Positions 63,942 to 64,000 of a stretch of DNA of 64,000 nt are shown here, piece by piece. Under the pieces are notes generated by a model that saw only the letters and a list, made by a program, of their open reading frames with translations, had not been told where the DNA came from and ran no database searches. This stretch comes from Mycobacteriales bacterium (GTDB taxonomy: Bacteria > Actinomycetota > Actinomycetes > Mycobacteriales > SCTD01), in contig JBKJVH010000205.1 of assembly GCA_046590985.1 (NCBI GenBank), forward strand, positions 3,401 to 67,400. Direction: 5' to 3'. The stretch's first letter is position 1. Every line of letters starts with the position of its first letter. Made by a program: the position numbers and the translations under genes.

Positions 63942-64000
63942 CTAGATGTCGTAGTAAAGCGCGAACTCGTACGGGTGCGGACGCAGGCGCAGCGCGTCGA
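63942..64000 (-). CDS. glnA: Glutamine synthetase type I (GlnA1), C-terminal fragment
   Basis: Translates to DALRLRPHPYEFALYYDI*, the conserved GSI-beta C-terminus. Confidence 0.85.
   Translation of the reverse strand, partial: DALRLRPHPYEFALYYDI

Larger units (their letters stand above)
57820..63951. mobile_element. Genomic islet flanked by a 14-bp direct repeat of the glnA1 3' end; no integrase present
   Basis: CGCCCTAGATGTCG at 57820-57833 and 63938-63951; cargo includes TA genes and pseudogenes. Confidence 0.6.

Noticed and set aside
1..64000. Integrase, transposase, prophage, tRNA or rRNA genes
   Set aside because: No recombinase, DDE or phage structural motifs in any ORF, and no tRNA- or rRNA-like sequence recognised by eye; a covariance-model scan was not run.

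Overview
High-GC actinobacterial chromosome segment bracketed by nitrogen-assimilation genes: glnA2-GATase-GNAT-glnE at 5.5-11.1 kb and the 3' end of a convergent glnA1 at the right edge. From left to right it holds: (i) an amino acid:carrier-protein ligase cluster with a GH2 glycosidase (1-5.3 kb); (ii) mixed housekeeping and envelope genes (11-24 kb); (iii) the most striking part, a 12.7-kb locus (24.0-36.7 kb) with two LuxR-type regulators, two Cys-free C39-peptidase-like proteins, an IniA/IniC-like dynamin pair, a tiny lipoprotein, a membrane-anchored Hsp70-ATPase/Ig/PASTA-like protein and aromatic-rich secreted proteins, tied together by five copies of a 17-bp box (GTGGCGGTCTCTGGGGA), each exactly 22 nt upstream of an nAnnnT -10-like hexamer; (iv) a GntR-box-controlled catabolic and ABC-uptake cluster (36.8-53.3 kb); (v) an AfsR/SARP-type regulator with two more members of the same secreted-protein family; (vi) a decaying ~6.1-kb islet (two-component system, VapBC45-like toxin-antitoxin pair, pseudogenes) flanked by a 14-bp duplication of the glnA1 3' end. 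All family calls come from motifs read by eye; no database searches were run. No rRNA, tRNA or CRISPR array was seen.
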